Source: the human T2T-CHM13v2.0 reference genome, Homo sapiens
NCBI RefSeq assembly: GCF_009914755.1
Contig: NC_060931.1
Strand: one strand, 5' to 3'
DNA length: 64,000 bases
The notes beneath the pieces were generated by a model. The model did not search any database. It saw only the letters and a program-made list of their open reading frames with translations, and was not told where the DNA came from. The position numbers and the translations under genes were made by a program. Position 1 is the stretch's first letter; every line of letters starts with the position of its first letter. This document shows, piece after piece, positions 55,144-64,000 of this stretch.

Positions 55144-55447
55144 TTTTTTTTTTTTTTTTTTTTTGAGATAGATTCTCTCTCTGTTGTCCAGGCTGGAGTG
55201 CAGTGGCTTGATCATAGCTCGTTGCAGCCTTGAACTCCCAGCCCAAGTAGTCCTCCCACCTCAGCCTCCCAAGCAGCTGGGACTACAGGTGTGCACCACC
55301 ATGCCCTGCTAATGTTTTAAATTTTTTGTAGAGGTGAGGTCTTCTTATGTTCCCCAGGCTGGTCTCAAACTCCTAGGATCAAGTGATCCTCCCACCTTGG
55401 CCTCCCAAAATGCTGAGATTACAGGCGTGAGCCTACTGCACCCAGCC
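55144..55447 (-). mobile_element. AluJ
   Basis: T21 followed by an antisense Alu with J features ('gatcatagctc...gcagccttgaactcc', 'aagtgatcctcccaccttgg'). Confidence 0.93.
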
Positions 55448-58400
55448 CAAAATTGTTTTTAAAAATAAGGAAAAAAAAAAAAAGAAGAAAGAAAACCGGC
55501 CAAAATGCAGAGAAAAGTTTGACTATCAATGCAGCATTACTTTGGTTTTATTTTACATCAGCCATCTCCCCTCCGCTCAAGATTTGAGGTTGCTTGTTAG
55601 TTGAACTACTTGGCAATGAATTTGTCATTGAAACAAAAATTTTGAATTTTTGAATATGAGAATTTCATTAATAAGTCATGAATTGTAAGCTTGGGTGTGA
55701 AAATCTTTATAATACTTTATAGTGAGACATTTCTCATCTGTCGTCTTGCAGGCTACTGCACAGGAGCTCGAGTACATAGATTTGTTGTCAATTAAATATT
55801 AAAGCTTTATAGGCTATTTTTATTTCCTTCTGCTTGCATTCCTTCCTCCAGCTCCTAATAGCCACATGTCCAGTCTTTAAATGGAGCCAGGTTTAGAGAG
55901 GTCTAATGAAGAGGGTTTACTGAATGGGGAAAGGGCAGCCACCGTGACCCCATATCACACCTTTGCCACACAATCAGAGACCTCTGTTGAAGCTATTCTG
56001 GAAAAGATCTATTCTTACCAGAAGCTGTCCTGCGCTGTCAGTGAAAAGACATTAGGTGCAGGTGTCAAACATGACTAATGAGGCATGAGGAGTCGACAGC
56101 AAAATAACAGAGATTATGGGCAGAGAGGACTTGCAGATGAAATGTGAATAGCAGTGTAGATGTGTGAGTGATGCAGGAAGGAAGGGGACCGGCACCGAGG
56201 AGCAGTAGCTGTCCCACTTGCGGGAAGGTTGGACAATATCAGTTACTTGATTGGTATCTTCTCCTTTGATATATTAAGTGGACAAACATCTAATGTTTTC
56301 CTCTCGAAATCATGAGTTTCCTGCAAGTGTTTGGGGCTTGGTATCCACGTTTCTGTAATCTTCTAAGACAAGCCAGAATCTTTTTCTGTTTTTATATTTA
56401 CACAGGTTTTATTGTGAAATTGTCAGGAAGGATGAGGCATGTTTCACTCATTAATTTTCATTGTCATCAAAACATCAGAGTTACAGTGCAGTATCCTGCT
56501 ATTCCAGGGCCCACAGGAGCTCTGATTGATAACATTCTACCTTCACAAAGGTTGTAATCTAAATGGAAGAGGCTGGAAAAAGAAAAAAGTATGATTAGTT
56601 GTAGTTGTGTCAAAAGCTGCCTCTGAACAGACCAATACACTAAGCAATCAGAGATTTCAAGAGAGGTAGCAGGGCCTGAGACTCTAACTCAGTGAATCTT
56701 GCTTCACCAGATGTGGAGTCTGTCTTTGGTGGTTTCGCAGAGCCTGGCCCTGAGCCTCCATCCACTCAGCGCTCAATAGATGACTGTAAGCATATTTCTA
56801 TGCGTTCATTAGCCTCAGGGAGGTTGATTTTTACCTCCTAGAGGTGAATTTTAAAGACTTCCTTTTTGGATGAGAAAGAGAAGGCTGGTAGAGAAGGAGG
56901 AGCAGAAGCACCATGAAATCAGGTGGGTGATGGTTTCCTTTCCTGGTGCTTTTAACCAGTTCTCCCAGAGTGGAGATAAACATGAAGTTAATATGGGGAA
57001 TGTTGATCTTCCTAAATGCAGCTCCAAATGATAGACCCAGGACAGGTTTCCAAACAGCTGTTATTCAGATTAGAGGCAAGGACTTGATGTATTGCTCCCA
57101 TTAGAAAGTGTCCTAATGGAAAGGGCCTGCACTTTCTCCTGGCCCCATCTGAATTAAACAATTGGAGTATTTTAAATCAAGGGTCATAAGTGTCAACAAG
57201 ATGGAGAGCTTTGCCTCTCGATTAAAAGAGGCTTATAAGTTACTTAGGAAGTTCCTGCCGACACAGATTGCACGTGGCTCCTGTGAACCGTGGTTATACC
57301 CAGGCTAAGTCCAGCCGTTGTCCTAAGGAGGGAGCAGGCCACCTCAGACAGAAAATGCAGCTGGAGAATTTAAGTCTCACATGCCAAGATCCTGCTAACC
57401 AGAGGGTTTGGGGGAGGTAGGACCTTTCATGTTTCTCTGCCAACTTGTCCCCAAGGTAGGGACCACAATCCTGGCAGGCCGGGATGGGGACCAAAGTGGC
57501 ACTTGCCTTTCATAACATGTTTGTGCTTGTTTCCGTATCAGTAATGTCTTAGCTCCTTATCAGGTTAATTACCCACCCCTTCTTTCCAGGCTCCGAGTAG
57601 AAGTCATGCTCCAAGACCAGGCGCTGGCCTTGAACGTGATGCCTCCTCCTGGTTTGTACCTGGTTTGAGATCATCTCAGGCACAGAGCACTGGAACACGG
57701 GGAGCCACGTGATCCCAGGTGCAGGCTGAGCCAAGCATGATCCCTGGGGTGTCTTTTTCTCCCCTGGGACTGACATTAAAGGTGCAGGAGCCAATCAGGA
57801 TCATAACAGAAGGTAGAAGATTTCCCCAGATTGAGAGGAGAGGAGAGAAAGAGCAGGGCAAGGGGGTGGTGAGGAGCGAGAGAGCAGAGCCCGAACAGCA
57901 GTAGCGAGGGCAATGCATCTGGAGCTACAAGGACAGACGTCTCTAGGTAGATGCCCTTATGGCAGCGCTTCTGGAGAGAGAAGAAAATCCCAGTAATATT
58001 AACAGGGCTACAACAAATGAAAATTGGAAAATAAACAGATGGAACATGCCTCATAGTTTAGCTTTTATCATCAATAATTCTAAATCTGCAAGTGAATATG
58101 GCTAACTGTAGTTCAAACCATCTGCCTATTACTGCCTCTCACTTGAAGAGACTGTGTTGCATCCCACTCTCCACCAAGACTGAGAGGAAGGGAGGGAGGG
58201 AGAGGGAGAGAGAATAATTATTCTCAGCTGTTCTGTCAAAACAGACACGTGCTCCGCGCCCAGCGTAAAGGTCAACTGCAGATACACCATCTATCTCTGG
58301 AGAGGGCAGCCAGCAGTCCCACGCTGCTCTCCTGGGCTTGTGGGGACCCCTTCTGGCTGCCCTTCTGAGTTCAAATGTAAGCGTCTAACAGGCAGGCTCT

Positions 58401-58883
58401 GTTGTTTATTTCGGGGCTGAGATTCAGCAGTTTCTTATCTATATGGGGGAAATTAATGCAGGTACGTGTATGGTGTGTCCCAACCTACTCTGGGCCATGT
58501 GGAGTCCCCTCTGTGCCTTTCAAGTCTTCTGGAGGCTCATCTGGGGTCCAGAACAGTGCTGTGAGAGATGAAAGGACACGAGTGCTGTCCCAGCGCAGAG
58601 AGCTCAGAATCTGGGGAAGCCTGGCTCTCCAAGACAGGGACCACTGATGCTGAGTGAGCACCAACCCAAATTAGGCCTGGTCTTCACCACCCTCTTTTGG
58701 AAAATGAACATTTTATTCAGAAGGCAATATGGTAAGAACCTTGAGGAAATAAGTGTAAATTGTAAATCAGCCACAAACTCAGTTTTAGCCTACCTTGCCT
58801 TGCGTATTCCCTCTTGCAAGACTAACCAGAGAAACACAGAATCAAGCCTTTATCATTTGGTAAATTGTTTCATCAAGAATACT

Positions 58884-59023
58884 GGCCCAAGCATGGTGGC
58901 TCACAACTGTAATACCACTGCTTTGGGAGGCTGAGGCGGGAGGATCGCTTGAGCCTGGGAGTTTGAGGCCAGCCTAGGCAAGACCACATCTCTACAAAAA
59001 TTTTTAAAATTAGAAAAAAAAGA
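58884..59023 (+). mobile_element. FLAM_C / Alu left monomer
   Basis: Single left arm with A-rich end; TSD aagaatac at 58875-58882 and 59024-59031. Confidence 0.88.
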
Positions 59024-59141
59024 AAGAATACCATATCTGAGGTGCAGATGAGTGTGCAAGTAATTCTTTTTGTTGTTGTTTTAACATGACAACAGCTGGC
59101 TTTTTTATGGAGCTTCCCTGAACATTAAAAAAAAGTAACTA

Positions 59142-59588
<447 letters not shown>

Positions 59589-60784
59589 TTAGGTGTTGAC
59601 TACTGTTTGTTCATAGCCCAATGGTGTTAACAAGCAGTAGATTGTTAGTGACAATCACACTCTCTCCAGCACTTACAGCAGAAGGCTTGATTTAATCGAA
59701 GAGCTGTCATTTATTATTCTGTTGTGCAATTCCATGGGGGTAGCTAACTGATCAAGCTCGGGCTACGGGGAGCAGAGGGCTTTTTTTTGTTGTTGTTATG
59801 TCTAAATCCTCAATACAAATTACAGTATTTCTGGACTCCCAGTGGGACCCATTAGAGCCTGTGGGGCATTAACGATCATTAATAGTGCTGTCAAAAAGGA
59901 GGGGGGTAGGGAGAGAAGGAAAGAAAGGGAGGGAAGTGAAGAAAGGGAGGGTGCAGAATAGTAGCCAGGGAGAAGTGTGGCTTTTTTTCAGAAATGGAAA
60001 ATTAATACATCTGCTTTGTTCACAGTGCCGAGCATTTGATGTTTATTAACAGGCATCTTAATTTTGCAGATTAGTACCAGTCGGGTTCTTACTTCCGCAT
60101 ATTGAAATCCTTCCATTGCCTCAGATCCTTCTTCTCTTTTCCTCATCCTTCCTCCGCCTTCCCAAAATCTTTCTCTCCCCAGTAGTCAGTCCTGAATCTC
60201 CAACTCCAACAATGAAGACAGAAAGGGACTGAGAAAATATGAGTGGGGAGAGTGTCTTCATTCAGAACAGAGTGTGTGCGCGTACATACATACACCACGG
60301 TTACAGCCATAATTGGCAATCTTGCCTGTGATATCCCATTAACTGTGGTTCCTTGTAAGCATTTAACTGTATAGTTAGTAATCAGGTAGAAATGTTTTAA
60401 TCACTTACTAACTAGCATGCTTATCAGTGTGATGGAGAAAGGGCAAGGTATTAATTAGTTAGGATAACATGCTAATGTTTGCATTGTAACACTTCTGCTA
60501 TTTAAAGCAAGGAAGACCCTGAGTTTGAGTCTTATTCAGAACTGAAGCCTTTTTCTAGAATTTTTGTTCTCTCCAAATTCCATATCTATGCTAAGCTGAC
60601 TTGCCTTTTGCCTCCCTATGGTTGCATACTTTTCTCCTTTCATTATATTTTTCCTTTCAGTCTCGGACTCTTGAGATCTAGTCTTCTACATCCATGACAT
60701 TCTCAAACCACAGAAAGGAATTTTCCCACAATAATAATAGGTGTGCATTACACTTTCTTTCTTCGCAGCAATAAGTGCCATTAC

Positions 60785-61060
60785 TTCATTCAAGTGTTGA
60801 GTACCTGTGATGTGCTGAGCACTGTGCTTGACACAGGGAATACAGCAGAGGGAAGAAAGAACCAAGGCACCATTCCTGCCCTCATGGAGCTTCTGCTATG
60901 GTGGGAGAGAGACTTGGGAATCCCATAAGTCCATTTAGAATCACAGCCATGGTGTATGGGAGAGGCATTGGGACTATGAGAGATTATAAGGTATTCTGAC
61001 TTGGGAGGAAGGTTGGGAAAGTACCCTACGGAAGGTACAGTTGAGCAGATAGAAAAGAAA
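60785..61060 (-). mobile_element. L2 3' fragment
   Basis: 'ttcattcaagtgttgagtacctgtgatgtgctgagcactgtgct...ttcctgccctcatggagcttc'. Confidence 0.7.
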
Positions 61061-61069
61061 AATAGATTG

Positions 61070-61235
61070 CTGATTACTTTGTTCCAGGAACCATGTTAAG
61101 TATTTTTCCATGGATTATTTCATTTAATCCTTATAACAGTTCTAGAATATAGGGAGGATTCTTTAGTTTACAGATTAAACTAAGGTTTAAAAGAGAATGA
61201 GCTGCTGCCTGTCTGGCCCACGGTATAAGCCTACT
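61070..61235 (-). mobile_element. MIR fragment
   Basis: 'ttccaggaaccatgttaag...attatttcatttaatccttataacag...tttacagattaaactaagg'. Confidence 0.65.
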
Positions 61236-62084
61236 GCATAGCTCATTGATGAATGAACCCCAGGTATGGAGAATTTGACCCTTGGATAGTAACTCTTCCA
61301 TCTTCTCTTTTTCGTGTCTTTTGACATTTTTGAGCATAGATAAACCAGGCTGACCAATGCAGCCATTTTACTCTCATCAAGGACTCAGAATGGTGTGGGT
61401 ACTGTGCACTTGTTTGAGACAATGCCCTTCCTTGCTGATAGCTTCCCGAATTGAGCAAAGCAGATACAAAAAAAGTGAGCAAGACTCTCAGCCTACAATC
61501 TCTAGTGTGGAAGAAACACCCTATTTCTTTGCTTTCTTACATCAACTTCATTTTCTACTTGAAACTGTACCCCCTAAAGGGACCTTGCACTTAAGTCGTT
61601 CCCAGTGCATCCTACATCCCTAGAGTTGTGTCTGTGTTCTGTGTCTTTTTGCCAAGGGATGTTGAAGGCTGGAAGTCCTCTAGGTCTTAGGTCCCCCAGA
61701 TCACTGTGGGAAGACCCCACATCCCCATCCCTGTGAGCCACCAGGAGCCTGGTGTGGCCATTTCTCCTGGGGCCTTGCTTCCTCCTGTGAGCCATTCCAG
61801 AATAGGGTGTGGGGCCCTGGTGCTCTGACAGCCACAGCTTCCTCTGCTTCTCCATTCTGGGTGAATCTTTTCCTTAGCGAAGCCCTTCCCCATATCTTAG
61901 GCACTACAATTCTTTACTTAAGCTCTCTTAAACTTTATCTTTCTCATTCCATTAGATTTTCATGGCCATTGAACTTAGCAACTGAAGAAAACTAGTTTCC
62001 CTTTCCTATAGGGCAGAGAGAGCTTTAGTAACCAAATGTTCCTAGGAGGAGTGGGGAAACATTTTTATTTTCATTCCAGTAACA

Positions 62085-62875
<791 letters not shown>

Positions 62876-63146
62876 ACAGCAGAGCAAAGGAAGAAAAGAA
62901 AAACCAAACATCAGATTTCCAGACGAAATCCACCATGCCACACCGGCAATTTCCAAATGCGGAAACTGGATTGTGTCATCCAGTGAGAGAAACTGTTACT
63001 TGGATACTTTGGCCCTACCTCTCTTATTTTTTTTTTTCTCAAATTTGAAGAGATCATAATAAAACAACCTCCTAAATCTAGGTAATCACACATCCCAGTT
63101 TCCCTGGGACAGCCCCAACTTCTATATGCCCTTTGTCCTGTCATAA

Positions 63147-63606
<460 letters not shown>

Positions 63607-64000
63607 TGAGCTTATAAATGACAAAGTAAATACAAAATTTCTATAGTCCAGAGAGTCAAGAAAGCATCCCATTTGGATTGACTGGCTGGGATGTGGCAGA
63701 GAGCATGCATTTATTTGTCTGTGACCTTTTCCTGTTTCAGCTGTGAATATGGGTCCCCACGTTGATCTCAGCTAGGGAGCTGGGTATTAACCATCAAGGC
63801 AGTGGTGAACCGGGTGGGCCTCCCACACAAAAAGCTCACTGGCAACTAGCAAATCCAGATGGCGCACATATCCATGTGATATTAGCCACATAGAGGCCTT
63901 TGCGGGGCTTTTTTTGGACATTGCTAAGCCTGCTGAGTCTAAGATTTCAAATGCTGTTTTGAGCTACTTGATTTAGAGGTGAAGCCAGACCACTTGGAGG

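Overview
Primate, most likely human, non-coding genomic DNA: a large intron or an intergenic region. I found no protein-coding exon, RNA gene or processed pseudogene, so the host gene cannot be named from sequence alone. All listed ORFs are explained by chance, by Alu/L1/L2 sequence or by low complexity. The window contains about 15 Alu/FLAM/FRAM elements (J and S ages, no recognisable AluY), many MIR and L2 relics, L1PA/PB/M fragments, MLT1 LTRs, hAT DNA-transposon relics and a long CR1/L3 reverse-transcriptase fossil with nested L2 and Alu. The most unusual feature is a ~2.5 kb CA-rich VNTR (46467-48984; 32 units of ~78 bp by my count). Most units carry a hypoxia-response core (RCGTG), a metal-response/ZSCAN4-type core (TGCACAC) and a CRE-like half site, and the unit variants are almost all CpG-deamination products. 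Also notable are a ~98 bp local templated duplication (3024-3121 copied to 5112-5531) with repair-type junction scars and a later Alu inside it, several repeat-free blocks rich in PBX/MEIS/HOX/FOX motifs (candidate developmental enhancers), and two compact palindromes. Repeat subfamily calls come from remembered consensus features, and boundaries of old repeats are approximate.
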